This document shows, piece after piece, positions 9,209 through 21,429 of a stretch of DNA of 64,000 nucleotides. Within the stretch, counting starts at the first letter, position 1. Each line of letters opens with the position of its first letter. Below the pieces are notes generated by a model that was given only the letters and a program-made list of their open reading frames with translations, was not told the origin of the DNA and made no database searches. The position numbers and the translations under genes were made by a program. This DNA is from Epiperipatus broadwayi (Eukaryota; Animalia; Onychophora): positions 15,500,001 to 15,564,000 of the forward strand of contig JAQFVV010000005.1 in NCBI GenBank assembly GCA_028023455.1, written 5' to 3'.

Positions 9209-12200
9209 TGGGGACCATCATAGATAAAAGCTTCATGTATTTTCTCTTGTAGCATTTATCATAAAAAATAAATAATTAAGCTTGTTTAGAGCTAGTAGCA
9301 GGCTCTTTATATATTACATATTGGTAATACAAGCTATATAGGTCATGTGATATATGACTGATTTTTACTATTATAATTATTTTATATAATATAATAAGTG
9401 TATCAATTTTATTAGTCTAGGCAGAGAAATAGATTGAAAATCGTCTGTCAAAGTTATTAATCATGTGACTTGTATACTATATACTTTCACACACACACGC
9501 GTGTTTGAATTAATAACAAAGTTTAAAATATTTTAAAAGTTATATTATAGAATTGGATAGAATTATTGCCTATCATAAAAGCAAATAATAATAAATATTA
9601 AGTTAACTGTCATTATTGCATATTTAAATGATGTAATGTTTTAAATAGTATCATAAAGACGAATACAGTTATAATAAAAATTAAATATTTTATTTAAATA
9701 AAAACAAGATAAATTGAATATTAAAAAAAAAATGGAATAGGTTATTAAAATTATTTTAAAAGTTATTTTAAATGTTTAAATAGTTTTAATAAAATAATAA
9801 TTTATTTAAAAGTAATATTTTAAATAATATTTTGGGTTCATTACGTCATAATTTCTGATTTTGAAATATAATTCTGCTATAAATTGAAAATATGTAAATT
9901 TGTTCTCAAGCTAAAGTAAGAATTAACCAATAGGAATAGGTATTCTTACAGACTATAAATATGATTTGCACGGGGTTATTGGGGGAGATTAATAATGTAT
10001 TGAAACCGGAGAAAGTCAATTTTTTTTTTTTGGTACTTGTATCGTTTATTTTGCAAAAACTAATTGATAATTTTAAAGTGTTTTGCAAAAGAAAGTTTTA
10101 GAAAAAAATTATATATTTAGAAACTTCATGGAGATGATTTTCTAATTTTTTAAAGTACTTACCAGTCGTATTTTATCTAAAAGTTTAACCTAAACTACGC
10201 AATAAAAAATGGATATACTACGAAATAAAATGGATATAAATTGTAATACTGAAAAAATATTTGAAATATTTATTGATACAGTTTTATTTATGCATAACCG
10301 GAGAACTTTTTTGGTACATAAAAAAAAACCACAGCACGGACATCATACGGAGTCTAATGAAAAAATTAGAGATGCATTATTATTTATAAGCCTATCCAAG
10401 ATTTATTTTTAAAATAGTAATAAGACAATTGTATATTGCATGAATTATTTTATATAATATTATATCAAAAGGAGTAAAATGTTATATCCTTTCTGAAGGT
10501 AACATTTTTTTTTATTTTTTTTTAAAAGTGATATATAAAAATACCAAACGAAAGTTTAAAATAGAAGGAAACATATATAAAAAAGTGAATACATAGTTGA
10601 ATAAAAGATGGATCCATGGAAATACAAATAGTACTTAAAAGTTTATCGAATATTTTTAAAGTTAAATTAGATGGATTGATGCATCGGATACGCAGAGAAT
10701 ATTGGTAGAGAAGATTAAGAAGCTTCACAGGATTAATTAATATTATCGTCCTAAAAATTAAAACCAAGGATTATTTTCTAAATTTTACTAAATGGATTAA
10801 TAATTATTTTTATTTTAAACTTTAACGTGCTTGGAGGAGAACATTTTTGGAAAACTCTAGAGAAAATAATAAGCATTTTGGACTTATCAGGAACTATCGT
10901 CAAGAAAATATGTAATTATAGTTTTGATTCCTTTTATTTTGTTAACCTAGTTTAAATCTAAATTTTTATATAAGATTAGGAAAAACATAAAAACATTAAT
11001 TTATTAATATTAAAATTTTATAATATAACAATCTAATAATTTAGCTAAAAATATTTTAATATAAAGTGCATGGGTGTGAATTTTTTTTTATATCTGCAAT
11101 GCTCAAGTAGATAAAGGAAGCCTACTGAACACGATGACTAGATAAAGGTTATTGGTAATAATAATAACTATTGATAATTTATAATGTATATTTTTTTTGT
11201 TTTCTTTAGATCATCCATAAATTGGAAGAATGAAGTGTAGAAGTTTTTTTTACTTATATGTACCGCATTTCATACAACATTTTAAAAAACATTATGAGAT
11301 AGGATTGATTTGAAAATATGCATACGACGATTTTTTTTTTTTTTATTAGTGATATAATCCAACATAACAAATAATTATGTGATTCTTTTAAAATTTTCAT
11401 GTTATTGGATATTCAAGTATTGTCTAAGTAGATTGTATATGATTAAACATACAGAGCAATGAAGTAAGCAACTTTTCTCATGGAATCGTAAGATTGTTTA
11501 ACTATTAATGAATTTTATTTATTGTTTTTGTAAATGCAGATAGTTATTTATCGATGTAAGATGTGGAAAATCTTGAGAAATAATGTTGAGATAGTGGCTT
11601 GGAAGTACTTAGTGAACAGGAAACCAAGATGATGTATTTAAGAAATAGGATGTTATAAGGAATGGAAATAATATTTAGTCTTTATGTGAATATCAGCATA
11701 GTTAACAAAGCCCTATGACTGATACACATTTTATTTGGACAGTGTTTATATTTCTTTAAATATTTGATGTTCTAATAAAGCTGAAGAAATAGCTTTAACA
11801 TCGTCCCTGTACTAGAGGATATTAGGCAGGTAAATGTCATACCTCTTCGCACTATACCATGATTTTGAGATATGTTAAGAGTAATACTCTAGCTTTCTTC
11901 CTTAATCCTATGCATCTGTTTTCGCTATCTTTATTTCATGTAACTGCATCGTTCAGTAAGATATGTTTAAGAGAAATGATAAATAATTTAGAACTTAGGT
12001 TATGCTATCGTTTTGTATAAGATTGGTTTATTTGCTTAGAAGGAATAGGATGTTATAACTTAAAATTGAAGATCCAAAGTATCCTAAGGAAAGAAGAGAA
12101 TCATAGAATATATTTTGAATTTTATTTTGGAAATGAAATATAAACTTTTTTAAAGTAAGGTATCTAAACAAAGATATTTTTTTTAAAGTGATAATAATTT

Positions 12201-14474
12201 TAAATGCTTTAGTATTATTTTTTTTTAAGAGAAAAATAAGTATTGCATATTTTAAAATACAATAGTACAAAGTAAATTATGTAAACAATATGCATAGTAT
12301 ATTTTTTGTTTATTGATTAACAGAAATATATTGATGATTACATTTATATCATACTAAAGTAAGGCTTAAAGAAGAATATATTATGATTAGTAAACATTGT
12401 GTGATAAATACTAAAATCTAGTATTGAATTTTTGGATAATATTTTGTGTAACATCTTTGACTTTGCAAGATGAAAATTTTTAATATTCTGAGAAATCCAT
12501 ACTCATTATAAAATTTTGTTCTATAGAATGTTTTTCTAAGTATGAATTTTTAAAATAAGATAGTTTAATAATATTAAGGATAAAATGCTGTTGCTAATAA
12601 AGTAGATAAATTTATTTGTAATAAGTTAACCATAATGAGAAACCAAATAGTAACTTTTTTTTTTCATTTTGTCCTAAATCTAAATAAAGATGTAATTGAA
12701 ATATAAATTATTTTTTTTATAACCTGGTAGATCAAACTGTAAAGTAAAAAAGTTAAGGATATCCAGTGTAAATAAATTGTTTATTTATTTGTTGTTAGTA
12801 ATAAACTTTGTTAAATTTTGTTATTTCAAAAATTTTGTGTCCGAGTTATTTATTTCTCCACATCGCTGCATGAAATCACGATATATGCATAATAACTGAA
12901 ACAAATATATAATTTTGCACAAAAGATAAATAGAGAATTATTTTAAGAATTTTAAATATTTTATTGGTATTCATTATAATTAAATAATCATAATCTTACA
13001 TTATTTTATTGGTCATAAATCAGTTATCACAATATTATATTAAATTATATGCTATCAGTTGCCACACATATTTTGTTTATTAGATTATCATATGCTACCA
13101 CGTATTTATTATATTATTACATGAAGGTAAAAGATTATATAAAATTATTTTATTATTTTATTATGGTAATAAAAATATAACGAAAAGAAAAGATATCCAG
13201 TAGTAATTAAACAATGAAGAATATTATTATTGTTATTTATTATTATTAGTTTAAGTGTAGTAGATTATGACATAAAATCCCTTCTCATATTTTACTACCG
13301 TATTTTTATTAACTTAGAATAAACTTTATGAACCTGAGATTATTTTATTGAGTTAGATTATTAAATAGAAGATTAAGATTTAATTATTAGTTTAATCTTA
13401 GTGAGTAGAAGTTATTAAAGTCATAAGAATACTATGAGTTTGTTATTTGAAATAGTAATAAGGGGGGATAGTGTTCTTATTCCATTGAGATAGTATCCTG
13501 TGGGATATTGGCTCAATGTAATCTATCTTGTCACCTGTATTTTCACTTCCAAGTCTCATGAAAATATTAAATATTTATTTAATATATTTTTATAAATTGA
13601 ACCTTATTCGAATTTTAAATTTGAGCTAGTGGAATATTTTAATTTTAATGCTGAATATTTTAGTTATTAATTATTAACTGAGATAGAACCCATTTTATTT
13701 CATATCATATATTATCTGGAAGTGAAGATGCACGAGAGCAAGGTTAGAATATGCTCTCACACACATTTTCTTTTACATCATAATACAATAGTATGGGTAG
13801 GTGAGTCTTACACTCAATTGGAATCCACATTGTTATGCTGCAGTGGTTGCTATCTAGAATTCAACCCTGAAGAGAGCCGAGGGCAACATTCTCTCTGGGT
13901 TCGAATTCCGAGGCATAATGGAATCCGAAAGAGAGGTGAAGGATGGATGAACTGACCTAAATTGTGTCTGAATTCAATGAGTAAACCTAGAGCTAGCCCA
14001 TTGGAGGTAGACATGATCATTGGTTAGTTACTTCATTGCATCATTCGCAGCATCCTACCCTAAATCCGACTGTAGTTAGATGCGCTCCCCCTCTTCTGAT
14101 GGAAAACCCGGACTGTTACAATAGGGTTTTACTGTGAGTGATAGAAATTAATTTGCAGATGTCAATTTAATATGAGAACTTAAGAGTAGAGAATTGTTCT
14201 TGTTTTATGTAACAAACTGCTTTATGAGTATTATTGTTAATTGTTAGAACTTCATACTAAGAACCCCTGCCACTTTTGTTTTTGTCCTCGCACATTTATT
14301 TGTATTTTCAATAATTAATCTATTTTTGTTAAATCCACACTTATTTGGTCTTGGATTTTTTTCTAGCCTTAGGGTAAAAAATTTTGATTGCTCAATGCTT
14401 GTATGTCATTAGAATATTATGTTATTGCACTATCTTAGCAGAAATTTAGTGTAGAATCACTTTGATTTCACCAA

Positions 14475-14709
14475 TAAAACTTCATCAGAAACAATTTCAA
14501 ATTTGATAGAATATTGTTATAGCAATAGCTATTTTGTAATGATAATACTATTATTTGAAGCAAAATGTATTTTGTATGTTCATGTATTATTTAAAACTTC
14601 ATCAGAAACAATTTCAAATTTGATAGAATATTGTTATAGCAATAGCTATTTTGTAATGATAATACTATTATTTGAAGCAAAATGTATTTTGTATGTTCAT
14701 GTATTATTT
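14475..14709. repeat. Direct tandem duplication, 2 x 117 bp
   Basis: taaaacttcatcagaaacaatttc...catgtattattt occurs twice, essentially identical; this explains the 39-aa repeat in ORF 14503-14739. Confidence 0.9.
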
Positions 14710-15085
14710 GTAATTTTAATGATTGTAACAACCTCATGAATAACTTGAAGTATATAAATAAAGCTGATAATATAAATTTATTCACGGAACAATGAAACCA
14801 AAAATATTACTGTGATAATTCACAAGCCCAATCTTCATATGCAAATAATGCCCATTTTTTCTTTTAACAGTGCCAATTAAATTGTCCGATAAAATAGCAT
14901 TAATGTGAGAAAAGATAGGCATTATTTACAACTTCATTTAAATGATTCTTCGGGAATTTGGCTTGTGAATTATAATAATAATGTGTTTCAACTTATTTAT
15001 TCCTTGGATAGGTTTATGTACTATAAGAATACAGATATTGCTTTTAAAATATTTAATTACTCAACTATTGCATATTTTATTCTAG

Positions 15086-15226
15086 AGTATTGTCAATTCT
15101 TTACTGTCGGAGGATCAGAATCAGACTCTTATTATTAAAAGATTTGAAGAATTTTTACAATATGAGGATGTTCATAATAATGCTTTAAAAGTAATGGTTT
15201 CAAGATTGAAGAAATTTTCATCAGAT
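15086..15226 (+). CDS. NOC4L: NOC4L exon (first recognisable exon; phase 0-0)
   Basis: ttattctag acceptor and gtgagt donor; 141 nt encode SIVNSLLSEDQNQTLIIKRFEEFLQYEDVHNNALKVMVSRLKKFSSD, resembling the Noc4 segment LLS.EEDQ..L...F.EYL.YDD as I recall it; in frame with the downstream exons. Confidence 0.85.
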
Positions 15227-15459
15227 GTGAGTATTCTTGCCTGCTCTATAGATTGTGCACATTTTTTTAATGGGGGTATATTAGAATGAGTTTTCTTTTC
15301 TGGTAAAAATGAAACTAGATTCAGATATATATGTGTGTGTTTGTATTATGTGTACCTATATATTATAGTCATGTGTAACTAGCTACAAACATCAAATATG
15401 AGATAATAAATGACAATTTTGATTATAAACCCTCAGTAGGTAGTGAATTTTATTTATAT

Positions 15460-17165
15460 AGTGTGAATTTATTCAATTTCATCTCAAAAAATGGTTTCTG
15501 TACATAAAATAAAAAAAAGAAAGAGAAAAAGAGATAATCAGTTCCACCTTAGAATTTTTAAATTTATTTAAATGCAGTATTCTGGAATGAATTTATATTA
15601 GTAAAAACAGTAATATTTTTCTTGTTGTCTCTGTTTTCTTTACTTTGTTTTCGAAAAACAGGCATTGATCATGTTTGGGGGGGGGGGGAATTAAGCTGTT
15701 TTCGATTAAGTATATTGAAATGGGATTTAGCTGGAGCTTGGATGGAAACGATTAAGTTGTTATTGAAAAGCACTTCATAATCTAGAAAAGTCTGTTGCTG
15801 TGAATTGAGGCCAAATACATTTTAAAGCTGGATACATGTGTTGGCAGAGAGAGTGGACTAGCAGATTTTATTGTGAAAAACCATCTGGACTACATATATA
15901 TGTGCAAAAAGTTGGAATATTATAAAGAGCGCATTGTTATTCATATACACAATGACTTCATACTTATATGATCTAAATTTTATTAGAATGATTTGCTAGA
16001 GGCTCTTTTAGTTCATTTCTGGTCACATGTTGCTCGATGGAGGAAGAAATGATATTGTCCAGACTGTAATTAAAAAAATGGCGCAGCTTAAAGAAGAAAA
16101 TTTGATTGTTTCATTCCTGCTGTGTCATATATGTATACATATATGTACCTTATCCAAGAAAGAAGAAAAGATTTACTGCTGCCTGATCATCACCAGCAAA
16201 CTACAAAATATTCACAAATCAGTCACAGGACCAATCATTGGGAAAATGCTACAAGCTATTTTGTTAACTTGAAAAATCAATAGCTGTTAAAGAACAACAT
16301 TGATAAAATTATTCAGTTGTAATCCAGTCAAAAAGTGTATAGGAGTCGTCAATGGATTAGTAACTCATCTAAAACTCTAATGACAAACGGGAAATAAAAT
16401 TATTCAGAGGATTATTACACTTGGACAATCAAAATGTCAGTTTTTATTTTTATATAACTATCTTTTTGCCAGCAAAAGTTGAACAAAAACTGATCATTTC
16501 ATCATTATATTGTATGAATTTTTATTTTTTCTTAGTTGATTAACCATTAACCCATATCAAATTTTATTTATATTAAGCCACCTACTCTAAATATTATATA
16601 TATGTTTGCTTTAGAGTAACATGGAAACTTTTTTTTGTATATGTTTGTGTATTATCTAACTCCTAATTCAAGAATTGACTACATGTGTTACTAATTATGG
16701 GATAATAATAAATATTTTTTAGATAATGTGTATTTATCTAATTTATAAAAGGAAAAAAATGTGATGTAATTTATCATTATCTAGTAGTGCATATGCTATT
16801 CCAATGGCTGTACCAACTATTGTTTGAGAGAATGTAAAGATAACTTACATGTTAATATTATTGGAATAAAACTTTTGTTATATATATTTTTGATTTACTG
16901 TATTCACTTTTTATTATTGATGCATTTCACCAAGTTAACTGAGTAGTGCAATATTTCTAGTGAGTTCTTCACAAAGGTATAAATTTAAACATAAATAGGT
17001 AGTGGTGCCATTTTGGGTCTATTAATATAACCAGCCCAAACTAATAAATATTTTAGGTATCATGGGCAATATCTCTATAATGAGCAGAAAATATTACTGT
17101 TATGGAATTAACATTACCAACAATAGGCTTTAAACCGATAATGTCTTTCAATTAATCATAGCATC
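15460..17165 (+). repeat. ~1.7 kb diverged intronic duplicate (copy A) containing an RTE-like RT relic
   Basis: Colinear similarity to 21430-23225 throughout. ORF 16027-16272 (DGGRND...KKEEK...IIGKMLQAILL) resembles the N-terminal part of an RTE RT (GG......W.EE...KK.....GKIL..ILL). Confidence 0.8.
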
Positions 17166-17559
17166 TTATAGGGGGCCCAGTTTCATTTAACAAGCCAACG
17201 CAGTGCATTTAGTGCCATAACGTGATTAACTTTCACATCCTTTCTGTTGTGTATATGAGAAAAATATGAATGTAAACATAAATCCTAAGAGGAATAAGAT
17301 GATGTTGCACAAATGAAGGTGAAGTGGAAAAAATAATAGAGAACAGGCAATGTTGAAGAAAATTATTCATATTAACAAAAGCAAAATACGTTAGGGAAAA
17401 GTGGAGCTGAATATGGAAAGGAACTATGTGAAATTGCTGTGTATTGAGGGATGGATTCAACAATCATTGAAATTTATATATATAAAGAGAATTCTTTTTA
17501 ATTATAACAAGGACTAAAACAAAAGATCAAGCTCAAAAATTGGAAGAAAACATTATACT

Positions 17560-19450
17560 GTTAGCAGAATAGTAGACATCACAGAGCCATATGTGATAAT
17601 TAGTGATGGAAAAACATTCCGAAGAAAAGCCTGGAACTTAAAAGAGCAGGTAAACTAAACAACACTCTTGATAAGTTTAATAGCAGAAATAAAGGACTAA
17701 ATGAAAAAATGGCTGAAGATAATAAAAGCCAAATGAAAAAGTTGGCAATTCAGATGAATGAAATTATTCCAAATAATGAAGACCAGTTAAAAGAAAAAAT
17801 TATGAAGAAATTAGAGTGGATTATGGAACTTCAGTGACAAGATGGAGGAAATTCATGAAGAGGTCAAAAAGTAGAAAGATGAGCAGAATAGCAAAATATG
17901 TCAGTTATAAGAAACAATAGAGTTGGTAGGCATACAAAATAAAAAACATTTAGAGCTGATGCAAGTAGAAATGTGATCTCAGTAAGCAAATAAAAGAAAT
18001 CAAAATTGAGAATGATGATCAACATAAAAGAGAGGTGGACAGGATTGAAAGGCTAGAGACTGACAATAGATAAGATGACCAGATTGTAAAAATGTCTGTG
18101 GCCATCCAAAAAGGGAAATAAATGGAACAAATAATGAACAAGAAAGAAATATGGATCCCCAACTGTGTCATATACCTGGAATAGTAAACCAGTTTTTAAA
18201 AATAATGATCTTTTCAGGCAATACAGGTGAAACACTTGTTGAATATAAAAACAGCTTGGAAAGATATTTCAGTTTAAGTGCTATGACAGAAAGAGGCAAA
18301 GCTAGCAACAGCCTATAGTCATTTACAAGTCGCATCACAGGCATAACCGGACTCATTGATAATCCACCCTAGAAATTTTATAGAATTTAAACAGGCATTA
18401 ATAAGTTGAGAATTATCAGAAGGTATCAAGTACAAGATATCCAAAGAAAATGTCCATCTGATGAGCTTTAAACTCCATTTTTCAGAAAACAATTAGCAAA
18501 GTTAAATAGCTGACCTACTGTCAGAATTGCCAATCATCCAAATATTAAGCATAGATTCCCAAGTCATATTGAGAGAATGCTTGTTGATACAGAGAAGGAT
18601 ATTATTGATTAGTTTGCAGAACTGTTGAATGTGTTTGACTGTAGAAGGTTGTTACAGCCGAAAAAGAAAGGGGATTTAAATCATTGAAAACTATACATGG
18701 GATGAATGCCATCAGGTATGGAAAGAGAAAATAAAACCCACTACCATGGTATGAAGAAAGGCAAGAAAAAGTGCCACCATGAAAAAAAAAAAAAAAAAAT
18801 TAGATCGACTGCTAACCAAGTTGACAGATCTTGCATAATAATGTGAACTGGAAGCGAGTAATGCGTCGACCAAGTTAAATATTATTACTGATCTGATCAT
18901 GATCTCCAAATGCAGGATGTAGTTATGCTTCTGATATAGAAGTGAAGAAAAACAAAGTAATAAGCAAGATAATTACAAAGACAAAAGATCTTTGTGGAGA
19001 TTGGAGATGACTTTTTTTAACTACTGATGTGTGTTTGTTATGCTCTAATGTTGATAGATGGGATATTTTGTCATTGGCATAAGATTGCAATGTGTTCATG
19101 ATGCTCCATGATGTTTATATCTGCGCTGCCCCTATCCAAAATATAACATTCAAATCATTAAAATTAGCCCCAGGAGTTGGGCTTGATATCAAATATCTTC
19201 TGTGGCAATTACCATGGGCAGAACTGCCATGTATTCTAGGTTTCCAGGACTTATAAATGATAATGAGCAAGGCTTCATTATGCCAAAGATTTGGTTTTAT
19301 TAAATGTTCTGAGTTGTAAGTTGCGCAAAGTGCTTAAAGTGAGATAGCTTTCCCATTGCTCATGCCACATTGTATGCTTATGACCTGTAAGTGAATTCAT
19401 TTTTTTTTAGCTATCATGGTGTTGGAGTCAGTATTCATACTTTTCAGTTG
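17560..19450 (+). mobile_element. Probable decayed LTR-retrotransposon (Gypsy-like gag/protease) relic
   Basis: Purine-rich, broken coding-like sequence; FSGNTGETLVEYKNSLERYFSLSAM resembles retrotransposon gag; no LTRs or intact motifs found. Confidence 0.35.
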
Positions 19451-21429
19451 CCGAATGTCATTCCAATCCAAAGAAGCAAATTAATTATGAATAAAGAGGC
19501 AAACTAATCATTATATTAAGATAGCCTATAGTGGCATTATAATAATAGCTCATAAGTGTGTGCTTATGATAAAAACAGCTGAGTGTGAAGAAGTTAAATA
19601 ATTAAGAAGGTGAAAATAAATTGGTTGAAGCAAATGTTATGTGTTTGATGCAATTTAACACTATTTCATTCCCCATGTTAGGCAGGGAGTAATTATAGCC
19701 ATACGTAGCTAGCTACAAGCATCATATATGACGGTAGTAAATAATTGAATTTTAAATTCAAAATTCTCAGTAGTGTACCAGGAGTCAAGTTTAAACCCTG
19801 TTCCAAGGTAAAAAGGGGGTTAAGTAATCACACATAGCTAGATTTATTTTAATGTACATATTTGACTGAATGAATTAACCAAAACAATCTTAATGGGGTG
19901 TCGTTTTGTTTTAATAAGATAAAAATATGTAGAACGAATAGCTTTTGTTCTTGTCTATGGAATGCTGTTAATGTAAATCCTGTTTAAAGTTATGTTCTTT
20001 AAAATGTTTTAACGAAATTGTAAATCTAATAAAAACTTTTCTTTTGTTAAAGAAAAAACTAAAGACAAACGAAAATGGATCTAAAATCATAATGTCCTGG
20101 ACTGGAGATCATGCAGGATAAGATTTAAAATGAGAATGTTTGGAAGAATGAGAAGAAATAAGGTCTGAGGACAAAAGAAAGCTTCAAGAAAAACCAAAAA
20201 GGATATATATAGTAAAATGAGAATAAAGATGGGTCTTCTAATTCATATTTTGTATTGATTAGAATTTTATGCTATTGTGAATGCTGTCACTTTTTCTGAC
20301 TTACGAGATTGCAAGTAAAATATATATGCTAACCGACATGAGTATGTTGGGATGAAACTATAGACATGCTGGGTTTTCACTTTCACTGCTTCACGAAATA
20401 AATCAAAGCTGCTCAAGGATCCCATAATTATTTGAACTTTAAGAATCCACCTCATATACCTTTGCCGCGTCAAACATTTGGACTCTTTCTCTCATTTCAT
20501 CAGAATTTAAAAGCAAAGATTTTTTTAAAGGACAGTCTTTATGGCTGCCACATTATTAAATAAGTTTACTTTATTCCATGAATATGGACAATCTATTTTC
20601 CCCAGGGATCCAAAGGTAACAAGCTATTTTTATTCCAAATGTAGAGATGTGTGCACATTAATAATTTCACAGTATAGTCTGTAATTATTTCTATTAAATC
20701 TTATAGATAATTGTAAAGATAGAATGTTCAATGTGTATTATAATTAATAATAATTTAAACTGTCAAAAATATATATCTATGCTTATATTCCCATTAAACG
20801 ATTGAGCACTATCATTTTTTTTTTTTTTTGTTCTTTTCTTCTTTATGTATTTTTGTCATTTCAGAATTATTCGTTTAATTAAAATATCTGTAAGTTTTAC
20901 TTATTAAACAATTTTATGCATACTGCCCTTAAATAACACATCTCTGTCAGTCTCAGGAAACTACCGTCCTCAATGGGCTAGCTAGGCTAGTGGCCGAGCA
21001 TTAAGTAATACAATATTTATTACTCTCATTAAATTCCGGCAATATAATTCTTATGCATGCATAAAATTGGCGCATGGAGTCAGAAATGCAGATGTCCATA
21101 AATATAATGCTTGGGAAATATTAATTAGTGGTTAATAGAAACTAAGGCTGAGTAATCACGTACCTATATAATGGTGTCTGTTCTTTTGTCTTTGCTTATT
21201 GTTGGGAGATTAAGCTTTAAAATAACTTATCTTCAGTCTATGGCTGCTATAAGTTCATCTCTGCAAAGCGATTATTTCATTTTTATATTAACCCTTAATA
21301 CCATTTTAATAATATGTCATATAAGAATTGTTTAAATAAAGATAATGTAAGTTGAACGTAGTAAAGATAGAAAAGGGGTAGATCCTGTTACAGTAGATAA
21401 GGAGTTACGTTTTATTAAATTAGTGTATG

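Larger units (their letters stand above)
7641..9370. mobile_element. Palindromic non-autonomous HHR element (retrozyme/PLE pseudo-LTR-like): ~2.6 units of a 418-bp repeat joined head-to-head to ~1.5 inverted units, 18-bp TSD
   Basis: Near-identical units with spacings 443 and 418 bp on the left arm and 453 bp on the right. Inversion junction at 8718-8719 (CA microhomology). Direct repeat TTATAATTATTTTATATA at 7623-7640 and 9371-9388. No ORF. Confidence 0.93.

Noticed and set aside
7641-9370. Repeat array as CRISPR or ordinary satellite
   Set aside because: Units are 418 bp with no unique spacers, the context is eukaryotic, and the HHRs, inversion and TSD point to a retro-mobilised element.
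10180-11340. Possible coding or LINE-derived segment (ORFs 10209-10412 and 10522-10767; HKLEE- and YAYDD-like words)
   Set aside because: Motifs are too short and scattered to support a call.
13860-13935. CTGAAGA-GAGCC...GGTTC-GAAT as a hammerhead
   Set aside because: GAAA is missing and no stem I forms next to the putative cleavage site; GGTTCGAATTCC is more simply a Pol III B-box.
14451-14492. Minus-strand CTGATGA...GAAATCAAAGTGAT as a hammerhead
   Set aside because: Stem III pairs, but stem II is very weak and stem I does not form.
14871-14904. Candidate 34-nt upstream NOC4L exon (PIKLSDKIAL)
   Set aside because: Plausible splice sites, but it joins the next exon only via an alternative AG at 15087 and shows no recognisable homology.
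18455-18500. CTGATGAG in the Gypsy-like relic as a hammerhead
   Set aside because: No GAAA follows a closed stem II.
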